Source: Camelus ferus (lineage: Eukaryota). Taken from it: DNA of 64,000 bases. The DNA is taken from the NCBI RefSeq assembly GCF_009834535.1, contig NC_045696.1, positions 92,382,001 to 92,446,000 on the forward strand, written 5' to 3'. Shown piece after piece: positions 36,590 through 47,648 of this stretch. The notes below the pieces were generated by a model that saw nothing but the letters and a program-made list of their open reading frames with translations, searched no databases and was not told the origin of the DNA. Within the stretch, counting starts at the first letter, position 1, and the number at the start of each line of letters is the position of its first letter. A program made the position numbers and the translations under genes.

Positions 36590-37520
36590 CGGCACACTCG
36601 ACATCTCCACTTGGACGTCTAATGGACTTTTCCGACGTTACGAGTCCAACCTCAGCCCTTGCTCTTCCCCAGCGCCACCTCTCCTACATTCTTCCTTTCT
36701 CAAGAAGACACAAAGCTATCCTTCCAGCTTCTCAGGCTGGAAACCCCTAGAGTCATCCTTGAGGCCTCTCTTTTGCTCATTCCTCACATCTATCCAATCA
36801 GCAAATTCTCCCAGTTCTTTCTCTTTCTTCAACAGCGATCCAGAGTCTGACCCCCTCCCCACCTCCACTGTGCTCCCCCGGCCCAGGCCAGTGCATCCTT
36901 CACCTGGGTTACAGCAGGAGCTCTAACTGCGGTCCCTGCTTTTGCACTTACCGATCCTTCCTTGATTCTCAGCCCCATAGCCTAAGGTACTTCTCTACGC
37001 ACGCCCTCCCATCTCACTTGGAGAAAGCAAAATCTTTACGAAGGCCTACAAGGGTCTACACAACTTCGCCTCCACCACCCTGGTGATACTTCTTACAGAT
37101 CACCTTCTCCCTCTAGCCTCACCTGCCTCCTTGCTGGCCCTTCCCCTCATCAGTCACACTCCGGCTCAGGGCTCTGTACTCGCTGTTCTCTGTGCCCAGA
37201 TTTCTGCAGGCTTCCTCGCTGTCTCCTTTCAGGCCTCTCTTCGGGTAGCATCTTCAAGTTGACAGCTGTAGCCCCCTCACCTCATCTTTCATACCCTCCT
37301 CCCTGATTTCATTTTCCTCCTAGGCACTTACCACTATCCAGTATATTCCATGTTAGAATTAATATGATGATTATAATTTCCTGTACTCTTTGCCACCCAT
37401 GGAAGTGCCACAGGGCAAAGAGACTTATCTGTTTTGTTCACTCCTGTCCATGCCCCCAGTTGTGCCTAAAACAGTGCCTGACAGATTTAGTGCAGAACTA
37501 GTATCCTCTGAATGAAGGTG
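36590..37520 (+). mobile_element. L2 (L2a-like) 3' ~900 bp
   Basis: ACATCTCCACTTGGACGTCTAAT...CCTAGAGTCATCCTTGA...CCAATCAGCAAATTC...TCTGTTTTGTTCACT...CCTAAAACAGTGCCTGACA...TGAATGAA. Confidence 0.88.
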
Positions 37521-39544
37521 AGAGTTGAACATTGAGATTTCAGCCTCTAGAAGAGATGATTCTCCAAGGTGTAATAACTCATGAGGCCTTTTAGCTCAAA
37601 GAAAGGAAGTCAGAAAGGAAATAAGCCAGAAAAAAAGGGGAAAAACCAAAAGAAAATTTTTACTCTGCAGTCTTTGTGTTTTTCTGAACATCAAATACTT
37701 TTATATTGTGATTTTTTTGTTTAGAATGGTGACTAAAGTGTTTCAGTAGTTATGTATTATTACCTTCCCTTCATTCTCCCCAAATGGTCTATAAAACTTT
37801 AGTAATTATTAGATTTTATTTTAAAAATTCACAGTTCCAGATTAAAATTCTTGAACACTAGGGAAAACCATTACAGTCTCATGTTGAAATGAAAAATCAG
37901 CCTTGCATTTCTGCCTCCTGGGGCATTCCCAAAGACAGGAAAAATAATTCTATGCCTTCTTCCCATGTGGGCTTCTGTTTTTGATCTGTTGTAGAAGGTC
38001 TTGGCCAGGTCCTTGTCCTCTAAGCCAAGCCCGAGGGCTAGGAGGGGTGCCGGCACTGTTGGGAAGTGGGCTTATTCTTATGGAATAAGAAACAAGGAAC
38101 TCTGTGGCCTCCTTACACAAAAGCATCCAGATAGAGGTGAGGAAGAACCAGTCTGATGGTCTAGCTTCCCTGGACTTTGAGATCCAAAACAGAAGTGCTA
38201 GTAAGTAGGTCTTTGTTGAAAGGTAAATTAGTATTTACCAGAATGCAGAAGAGTTTTACCTATTTTTAGCTTTGTTTGCATATGTTCACCACCCATGCAC
38301 ATCAAATCTACGTTTCCATTTAACCAGTGTGGGAGTGAGAGTTTGGGTGAGAAGAGAGACTAGGAAACGTTACTTATCTAATCTCGTAGTTGCAGGCAAC
38401 TCTTGTTTACTATTAACTTCTAAGTATGATTACTGATAGGTTTCTACATGCTGTAACAGTATTTATAACTAGACCATGAACTAGAAATCACTTCCCTCCT
38501 GTCTTCCTTCCTCTGTTTTTTATATGATAGCATTACTAAATAGCTGTGATCTAATAATGGGACATCTAGCACTTTCTTCCTCTTCTTTCCCCGCTTTCTT
38601 CAGCAAACAGGTTTTCATTCACACATCTATATTCCATCCTAGGGACAAATTCTTCTCTAACAGTTAATTGTAGGGGGAAAAAAATCTTCTCCTTGGTACA
38701 CATTTTAAAAGCAACCTACAAATGAGCACTGTGGTCATAAGCTTCCCAGACTTCAGCAGGAAATTTGCTCCTGAAGTCTTCAGAGCAGAACTTTCAATAT
38801 GTAATTTCTTTATAAGTATGTAACCCTATAAAACAGCCAATGAAAACACGATAAAGATTAAACAGTCCCTTAAGTGATTTGCTAGACTGAACTTTAAATT
38901 GAAGAGCTCATTAAGATTGTCACAGTAATAACACAAATAGGTAAAGAAAACACTTTTGAGTGATGAGAATTGTGGATAACTGTCTCCATATCACTGTCCT
39001 GTGTCCATCAAATTACTCAGCTAAGGGATTACATAATTATTACCAAGTCACCTACTTTGAATATGAAACGAATACAGCAACTTCAGTTCATTTTTTCACA
39101 ATATTGGTTGGACTAAATCAACAAGTTCTTTTGCTCTTAAATAATTGAAAGAAAGTGAGGTCAAAGGATATGAAAAACTACTGTGAGAACGAGAAAAGCA
39201 TATTTAGGAATTTTAAGACTCATGTGAGTGCTTCCTAAATCAGAAAGAATGTCTTTAGATTCTGTGATTTTTTAGATTCGCTCCTACATTAAAACCCATG
39301 TCTCTTCACAATGCACAGCATTACCAGGGGCGATAAGCAGCCAACAGGAACATTTACTTAAAGTAGCATTTGGCAATATGCCAATACCAATTCAGTCCTT
39401 TTATTCTTCTGCTACTTAAGCACTTATAATCTACCATCATAAAAACAAACAGCCAGGAAATAAAACAGTATAAAAATTGCTTTCTCGTTGTACAATACTC
39501 TTTGGAGCTCAGGACTACAAAGACCTCTGAGCAGCCATGAAACA

Positions 39545-39900
39545 ACTGAATATTTGTCTCTAATATGAAATGTCTTTATCTCCCAACTTTCTCCATCTTG
39601 GGAAATAACACCTTCAGGTGTTCAATTGCTCAAGCAAAAACTGTAGCGCTCACCCTTGTTCCTCCCTCTCCCTCACTCCTCACCATCAGCAAGTCCTCCG
39701 TTTGTACACACAAAACATGATGTAAAGCCATGCATTTCTCCCTGTCTCTCCTGCATCTGCCTGGCCACATCCTTGTCACTTCTAGTACAGATGGTAGCAA
39801 ATGGTCCCACCTTGCTCTTCTCCAAGCCATTCTCCAACAACAGCAGAGAAATGATGTTTCAAAACCTAAATCAGCTCATGTCACATCCATGGCCTGAAGC
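39545..39900 (+). mobile_element. L2 fragment
   Basis: TTGCTCAAGCAAAAACTGTAG...CCATTCTCCAACAACAGCAGAGAAATGATGTTTCAAAACCTAAATCAGCTCATGTCAC. Confidence 0.7.
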
Positions 39901-42229
39901 CTTCACACAGGGGCATACGGGTAAAGAGGGTGGCTTAAACACACATACTAAATTTTATTCCCTCCTGAAACCTCACTAAATCTACAGTAAAGTGCTTTTT
40001 TCCAAAAATGCATACACCCACAAGGATGGGGAAAAGAGAAAAGGAAACCACAATAATAAAATTTTGGAGGCTGGGAAGCAGTGCAAAGTATAAGAACTGA
40101 CAGCAATTCTGAAAGATGTCTCCTCAGCTGGCTGTAGGGAGGCCAAGAAACACTTGATTTACAGTCTAGAATCCTAAATGGTTCACAAAACGGTGGCCCT
40201 AGGCCCCTCAGGGAGTGGGGTGAGTGGGGGAATAAAATGAGGAACACAGACCAAAGCTGGGTAACACGTCCCTCCCTGACTGTCTGTGACCTGTTCTCTC
40301 TCCCATCCAACCCCAGAAAGAGACCAGAGGTTTATCTCTAGAAAGGGTGAAATTTGGGATCCCTGGACAGGGAGCACTATAGACAGCTGAGGGCAAGAGT
40401 ACCATACAGAAAAGGGAGAGAGTGCAGGCCTGCATAATGTAGGCCTAGACTGCCCAGCCCTCTTTCCCAGACCTTCGCTCCCCACAAAAAGACTGGAAAA
40501 AATTCACTGGGGAATGTCACCAGTCAAGAGCAAAGACCTAAAATGACCAACACCCAGGATTCTCCTAAAAAGAAATCCCAGTGGGACCACCCTTGGAATG
40601 ATCTGCTTAACGTTAACAAGCCCCACCCACATAATCATGCCACACTTTTTATCTCTAACCATAGACAGAAGAAGTATACTGTTCCTTGGTAAACAGGGTT
40701 TCAAGAGCCTCTCCCTCAAAGAGACTGTGTCCAGGGCTGAGCCCTCCAGAGCCTTCCTTCCACAGGAAGGCTGGAGAGATCTTGTAGGGTACCACCCAGG
40801 GCCCTCTCCCCAAACTCCCTGCTGGCATGGCACCCTCTCCGCACGGCCCTGCCCACCTGCTGGGGTTCAGGCTGGTGGCGAAACCCATGGGTGGGCTTCC
40901 CAGGAGTCCTGACGTGAGGAAGTGACCGGCCTCTGACAGGGAAGCGTCGGCACGGACAGAAAACTCACTCAAGTGGAAAGAGAAATGATGGTGGTCGGAA
41001 GGGGAGGGCAATTCTGAGGGCCACAGAGTGGCTGGCACTGAGGTTTTCCTCTGGCCCATCTTACATCTGACTCTAGCCTGGATCTGGGGGAAGGAGAACC
41101 AGGAATGAAGCCTGAACAAGCCACTTCTCTGGAAACTCTGCAAGCCGCTGGAGGCCCTCCAGCTGTGGGCCACAGGAAGAGGCCTCCCCACCTCTTGGCC
41201 TAACATGTGAGCACTGGTTTTCATGGGATACAAAGAGCTCAGAAGAGGCAGACTGGCGAGGAGAGGGAAGAAACAGCAGATGTGATGTGAGGGCCAACCA
41301 GGTTGGTTTATGGCCACCCATGAGACACGTTCCCGGGGCTTCCAGAAACGCTTGAGGAGAACGTTGCAGCCGAGATGGGGCAAAACCATCAAGTGCTGCT
41401 GCCCTGTTCGAAGCCATGATAGCACTGGGGACGAGAGATTTCTGTGACCCACAAGGTTTTAGCTGCCTCCCCTTGCACCCAGCACTGGCTTCTCTCCTTC
41501 CACCCCATGGGCAGGCGCCCCGTCTGCCTTCTCACCAACACAGCAACTGCCGAGGGGCTGGGGCTCCATCAGGACACGAGGAGCAGGCCAAGGAAGGAAC
41601 AGAGCAGTGGCATCACACCACTTCGGGCCAGGAAATGACTGTGCAGAGCCTTCAGGGAGAGGTCTCTCTGATGTTTCGTTTCAATTTATGCAACGAGAAG
41701 GCAAGTTTACAGCTGCGTCCTGCCCCTTCCCTGCGTCTCTCGGAGGCCACTGCCAATGTGCAGACGGCGCTTCCCACACCAGGTGCTGACTTGGTGTCTC
41801 TTTCAGACTTTGAACTATTGACATGACAGAAGGGCTGGAGGGGAACGCCGTGTCCGGGCAGAAAAGCACTGTTCAAGCGCTGCCCCGCCTTAAGCACAGC
41901 TTTGCGGAGAAGGCCCTGAACGGGGATGGCGCCCTGGAAGGGAGGTGCTGGGGTCTGCAGTGAAAATGGCTAAGGGGGACCCTGCTCCCTTCACATAAAG
42001 AGAAGAATCATTTGATGTCAGCGTGACCAGGGTTCATGTTCAAGCATAGTCTATTTACTAACTGCATGATCCGGAGCAGATCTCCTAACTCCTCTGAGTC
42101 TCACTTTCCTTCTTTCCTAGAATTAAATGATAATGCCCATCTTTCCCATGTGACTTACTGTCAAATCAACACGAATCATATGCTAAGTTGAAAGTAATGT
42201 AAATATAAGAATAAATATATTTTTATATG

Positions 42230-42230
<1 letters not shown>

Positions 42231-42282
<52 letters not shown>

Positions 42283-42295
42283 TATATATATATAT
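42231..42295. repeat. Perfect compound microsatellite (TA)n(CA)n(TA)n
   Basis: Direct reading of the sequence. Confidence 0.97.
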
Positions 42296-44049
42296 TTCCC
42301 ATTCTAGGCAAGAACATCATGAGAAAAGACAAGTCTGACTGAAATTGGTGAGAAAGTCTTTTCCATCCTCTCAGAACTGTCATACTTTACTGCATCCGTG
42401 GTATGGATATATTCCAAGCACATTTTTTCTTCTCTGAGTCAAATTTTTAGAGCCTATTTAATACCTTTGAGAACAATGCCCTTTGCCATTTTCCTTGAAG
42501 TTAGTTATATTCTTACAAATGGCCAGTCATTTCAGCACTAAAGCCAAATAAGTTTCACGTTGTAAAAGAATAAAAAAGACCCTTTCCTTTGCATGAGCTA
42601 CTGACCAGCGGATTAATGGCTTTATGCTGTTCACACAAAGACCTAATGGATAATATTTTTTAACATTGTAACCAAGGGGTACTCAAATTTTAGAAACCAT
42701 TAAAACTTACAGAATAGACGAACCCAGAAGGACTCGATCATCCCTGTGGCATTTTTATCTATATTAGAATTCATTGTTTATATGCTTTTATTTCTATGCA
42801 ATCCCTGCCAGCTTCAAGCTCTGGGCTTTTCTCTTTTAGTAAATGTTTGTCCTCATGTCTGTGTCACATAGTCCACCATGGTTTGATTTGCCCCAAAGTC
42901 AAAATGCTCTCTTGATCATTGTGCACAGAATTAATCAAGATGGGCAGCCATTAATGGTGCTTACTGCTTACACAAGAGAGAAGAAGAGCCCCAAGCAGTC
43001 TGGGCTTGGCTTCTGGGTGTTTCCTGAATCTGGGAGGAAAGGATCACCCCCAAAGCACAGAAGGCTGTTTACCAGCTTTTGGAGATAAAGCTTTCCCACC
43101 TAGCCCCAGAGTCAACACCAGACAACTGGAGGGACACAACTCCCTGACAAATGCCTATCTGACGGGGCATTATGACAGGTCTGTTTCAAAGCCACAGATA
43201 CAGGGTCTTGTCATCCCCTGGAGGGAGGAGCAGGTGTATTGAATGATGATCTCCCTTTTTGTATCAATAATAAATACTAAAGCAGATCCAGGACTCATGC
43301 ATTTTTTTAAATAAGAAGAAAACCAGCTCTATACTCCACATCCCTGGCTCCAACAAAGGGAAGAGTTGCTGGTTTCTTTGCTCACACTAAACTATGGTGG
43401 AAATTCAAGGACTTTTAAAAAGAACAAAAATCTTTTCAGGATGAATGGACTCATTGAGACAAGCCCTTTCTACTCAAGTCTGCAGAGAGTTATTTTTAAA
43501 ACTAAGAAAGTGGGATTCTTTGCATATTTTTTCTAATTTCCTGATTATATACCTCAAAACATAATACAACATGCAGCTTTAAGCCATATAAACTTTTGTC
43601 ATCATTTTAACATATGTGGAACAGAGAAGCCAAAGTAATTTACGTCACTCAACTTAATAGCACGACCTCTGGGTTGCAACTTCTACAAATTCATTAAAAC
43701 AGGGACCAAATTCTCATTATGCTTGCTGACTCTAAGCAGTATCTTTGTACTTTCTCTTAACATGTTAATCCTTGTGGAATCTGTTCGACTTGCAGGAAGG
43801 CTGCTGCATCATTACCTTGGGTTTGAAATGCTGTTTTCATGCCTTTGGCAGATGTCAGCCTCCTGGCCTTGACACTCTAATTCTGTCTGTACAGCCTGCA
43901 TTGCCATTGTCAACAGAATAGTTATGATTATACTATTCTAGTTCCATTCTGGCTGGAAAGAAAATAAGCCCCTGGACAAATCAGCATTTGATCCTCCAGG
44001 ATTGTCAGGCAAAACCTAAAATCGCTTCTTGTTAAGAAAGCTGACGAAA

Positions 44050-44250
44050 AGAACTAAGGCTTTGAAGACAAACAGATCTGGGTTAAAACCCCTGCTCCAC
44101 TACCTTCCAGATGGGTGACCCCCAGCAATTTTCTCAATTTCTCTCAAGGTCAATTTCCACATCTGTTAACCTCACCTCATGTGCACAGAGGTGGGGAGGA
44201 CTAAAAGAAAATCAAGCCAAAAGCCCAGTGTCTGGCACTGTCGGCCCACA
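44050..44250 (+). mobile_element. MIR SINE
   Basis: GGCTTTGAAGACAAACAGATCTGGGTTAAAACCCCTGCTCCACTACC...GTGACC...TTTCCACATCTGT...CAGTGTCTGGCAC. Confidence 0.7.
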
Positions 44251-45019
44251 TCAGATCCTACTCCTCTCTCCCCCATCACACCCTGCCTTCACATGGAGAG
44301 ATGACTCTACCACGTTCATGAATGGGGTCGGCACTAGACATTCTTCCTGCACAAGAGTTTAATCATCTGCTATTGATTCTGTTTTTGCCCCTAAAATCCA
44401 AGAACCAGATACCCAAATATACCCGGCTTAAATCCAGCCGGATCCCCCGAGCCTAGGACTGTTCATGAAGTATCTAGATCCTCAGAAGCAGTCTGTGGAA
44501 GAAGAGATGCAAGCACAAGCCCCCAACACCCAAGGCTGCTGGGAAAAGTGGTTTGTGTGTCCATGCTGCTCTCGGTGGCTGTCTGCATCAGCCCCTAGTT
44601 TTTAGCATCAAGCCTTTCTTTAATCTTCATTCTCTATTCACCACCCCCACCCTCAGATACCAGACATTTCTGATTTCAGCAACAACTAATCAGCACCTCT
44701 GATCTCCATGAAGAGGCTGGGCTTACCATCCTGAGTTAATCAAGTTCCAGCCTAAAATAGATAACATTTTATTTCATTGCCTGATTGGCCAAACTAAGAT
44801 ATTCAAAACAGTCATTAGACACCAATAATACTTCCCAGGGCCTCCAAAGTGTATACAACCCACAGGAAAACCCCAAGTGTATACAACCCACAGGCTGTAT
44901 ACAAAGGCTTTTTCAGAATCGGAAGCAAACGCCCAAAACGTATTAGGCTGTACCTTATGAAACTGTCATTTTTGTAAGTCAAAATGGTCAAATGTCAGCG
45001 ATTTTATAGAATCCATCCT

Positions 45020-45590
45020 AGTTCCTCGCAGAGGACCAGCGACAGGTGCTCTCCGGCTCCCCCTCCCCCCGCACCAGAAGCCTGTGCTGCGCAAGGCTGC
45101 GGGTCCTGGAGCCGAGCCCGCCAGGCCCCCCTCTCACCTCGAGGCCCTCGATCAGCGCTGCACGGGTGTGGGACGCCCCTTCCTCCTCTGCAGGTTTGCA
45201 GACTGCTCCCGAACGAACACCGCCGACCGCAGACGGAAGAGGCAGCCACTCCAGACTAGCAGGTGGCAGTTCTAACCAACAAGGAACTAAAGTACGAGGC
45301 TTGTCTTGGGCGCCGCAACACGGGTAGATTTCCGCACCTGCCCGCCAAAATCTTAAAAGTTTCTATAGAGCCCTTAACGGGGTTCAGTCATGGCTTCTGT
45401 CCAGGTGGTCTCAACACCCGCTTTGTCTCTGGAGGCTGCACCCTTGAAATGACTCCCACCGCGGGAATGAAGGGCGGGATGTACATTGCACAGGCAGAGG
45501 AGGGCGAGGGGCCTCGTTTGCCCGGGTCCAGCTGGTGGGTCAACCGGAGGTCGCAACCCTGCGATGAGCTCCTCCAGCGGTCTCCACGAT
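45020..45590 (-). promoter_or_regulatory. CpG island, probable promoter and first exon of a minus-strand transcript
   Basis: Roughly 35-40 CpGs in about 570 bp by my count, against a CpG-depleted background. ETS CGGAAG at 45234-45239, GC boxes at 45341-45346 and 45472-45478. Minus-strand donor GAG|GTGAGA with the exon ending at 45138, followed by G-runs. Confidence 0.65.
45256..45269 (+). promoter_or_regulatory. CTCF-like core motif
   Basis: CTAGCAGGTGGCAG versus consensus CCASYAGRKGGCRS (one mismatch), inside the CpG island. Confidence 0.55.
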
Positions 45591-45959
45591 CTGCTAAATG
45601 GTTGCTGGTCTTTCAAGATGCAGCTGAAAAGATGGCACCTCCCCTAAACGTTTCCTGGTCTCTTCCATCCCACCCGCATCATAATTTACATCTGCCACCT
45701 CTGTGCTCCCATAACCTCCACCTGACCTCCAAGGCAGAATTTAATTTCATGGGTCTTGTATTAGGTGGACATCTAGGTTTGCCTTTCCAACAGACTTTAA
45801 ACCCCATCAAAGAAGAAACTCATTCTATCCACCTTGTGATCCTCACACTGATCATGGTACTTGGCACATAGCAAGTAGTCATTAAATGTTGAATGAATTG
45901 GGTACTGACTGTGGGCCACAGACCAACTTGCCACCACGGATGACTTGCTCAGTATCAAG

Positions 45960-46190
45960 GTCAAGGGCAAGGGATTTGTTTAACTCTCACCTCTGCCATT
46001 GACTATCTCCATTCTGTCAGTTACCCAACCTCTCGCAGCCTCACTTACCTCATCTCAAAGGTAGGCTAACAGTCCCTACTGCTCTAAGTTATCATAAAGA
46101 TTAATTGAGATAATGTAGAAAGTGTGCTTAGTGTACCACCTGTCATAGAGTTTGCACTCAGAAATGAGAACAAGTATGATTTTATTACTC
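45960..46190 (+). mobile_element. MIR SINE
   Basis: AGTTACCCAACCTCTCGCAGCCTCACTTACCTCATCT...AAAGATTAATTGAGATAATGTAGAAAGTGTGCTTAG. Confidence 0.7.
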
Positions 46191-46989
46191 TTAGAATAAT
46201 TATGATTGCCTCTTAACTGATGGGTAATGAGTTTAAAGAAAGAGTAACACCAGAGGCAGGTAGAGGAATAGATATTTCCAGAGAAGCCTGCCTTCTCTGA
46301 AAGACTGGAGTTGTTAAGAACCTGCTAATGGTGTGTGACACCCTGCTGTGTTTGGTGCAAACACACCTGATCCCACTATCCCCAGGTGACAAGAATGAAT
46401 GTTTCAACCTTTATTTCTCACATCCACTGGGAAAATACACCTGGATCTGAGCTGTTGAGAAATTCGAGTTTGGCTTGAATCAAACTGTGAGTGCTCATGA
46501 AATCATTCCATCCTGCTGCCATTCACAAGTCTATACACCCCATGGTGGGGCTGGAATCACTTACACGGATGCCCTGCCCTGAGGCCACTTGAGCAAGTAA
46601 CCCTTTGCTTCGAGCTGACAAAAATCTCTCCATCTCCCAGCAATGAGGGTGATAATAGGAAAGTTTGAGAACTTTGATTTTTAATGAGGCTTCATTTTTT
46701 TTTTTTAATGTTGGGTGGGAGTGGACAAGGGGTGCGTCTTATGTATTATCAGATTTGCCAAAACAAAGGCAAGAGTTTCCCCAACCTGCCCCAGCCTGTG
46801 AGGAGGCAAGTGGACCACCTCCTGTGTCCTTCACCCCCACCACCCTGCCCCAGGCTGTGCAGATGTTTAGGTATATCACAGCCTTGGCAGGATCATCCAG
46901 CTAACTAGACCGATAAGACCCTAAGTGCTTTACTTGGGTAACTAAGAGAATACAGCACAGGACTGCAGGAGGACAGCTCCCTACCCCTC

Positions 46990-47648
46990 ACTCCACATTC
47001 AGCCCATCACCAAATCCAGCTGGTTTTAGTTGCTAAGTAGCTTTGAAATCTGGCCTTGAGCTCCCTACTTCCCCACTTGCTCCACTAAATCCATTCTCAA
47101 ACTGGCAGTTGGAGTATTTATATTTTGAAACATCACTCTCTGTTTCTAAAGAGCCTTCCCACTGCTCCCCACTGCTCTGCTAATACAGTGACAACTCGAC
47201 ACTGTCCAGAAAGCCCCATGGTCTGATCCTTGTCGGCCTCTGAGTGGCACCTCTTATGTCCTTCCCTCTTGCCCTCTCCATGTGACTCACACTTTCAGAG
47301 CCCTTTCCTCCCCAGACTCCCCCCACCCCCATCATAGGCCTGCATCCCTACTGGTCCTTCTGCTTGGAGTCCTCCCCTCACCTCTATGCCCACCCTGTAG
47401 ATGGAAGCTCAATTAGGCCAGACTGCTTTGCAAGACCCTCTATGAGTAACGCGTTTGCATTATCCTTTGCCACCTAGGTGGGTGCAGATTTACAACCAGT
47501 TACTTCCTTTTGTCTCGCACTGCGTCCCCCAACTAGACGGTCAGCTCCGCGAGCACTCCCGTCAGTCTGTGGGTCTCTCTAAATCTTGGCCTAGTGCCTG
47601 CGTATAGTAGGGGTTTCATAATTAGCTGCTGATTGTTGAATGACTGAA
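46990..47648 (+). mobile_element. L2 3' end
   Basis: CCATCACCAAATCC...AATCCATTCTC...CTAGTGCCTGCGTATAGTAGGGGTTTCATAATTAGCTGCTGATTGTTGAATGACTGAA. Confidence 0.7.

Noticed and set aside
36668..36690. CTCF-like AGGTGGCGCTG (minus strand)
   Set aside because: Only the 3' half of the motif matches, and it lies inside an L2 element.
37871..38056. Minus-strand ORF with acceptor-like CCCAACAG
   Set aside because: Short pyrimidine tract, no convincing donor and no recognisable product.
40655..41452. Longest ORF in the track (265 aa, minus strand)
   Set aside because: No recognisable domain. Ser/Pro/Leu/Trp-rich composition with ORFs open on both strands is typical of chance ORFs in GC-rich DNA, and I found no supporting splice context.
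45263..45871. 202-aa plus-strand ORF over the CpG island
   Set aside because: GTG start, stop-poor GC-rich sequence, runs into an L2-like tail, and no homology I recognise.
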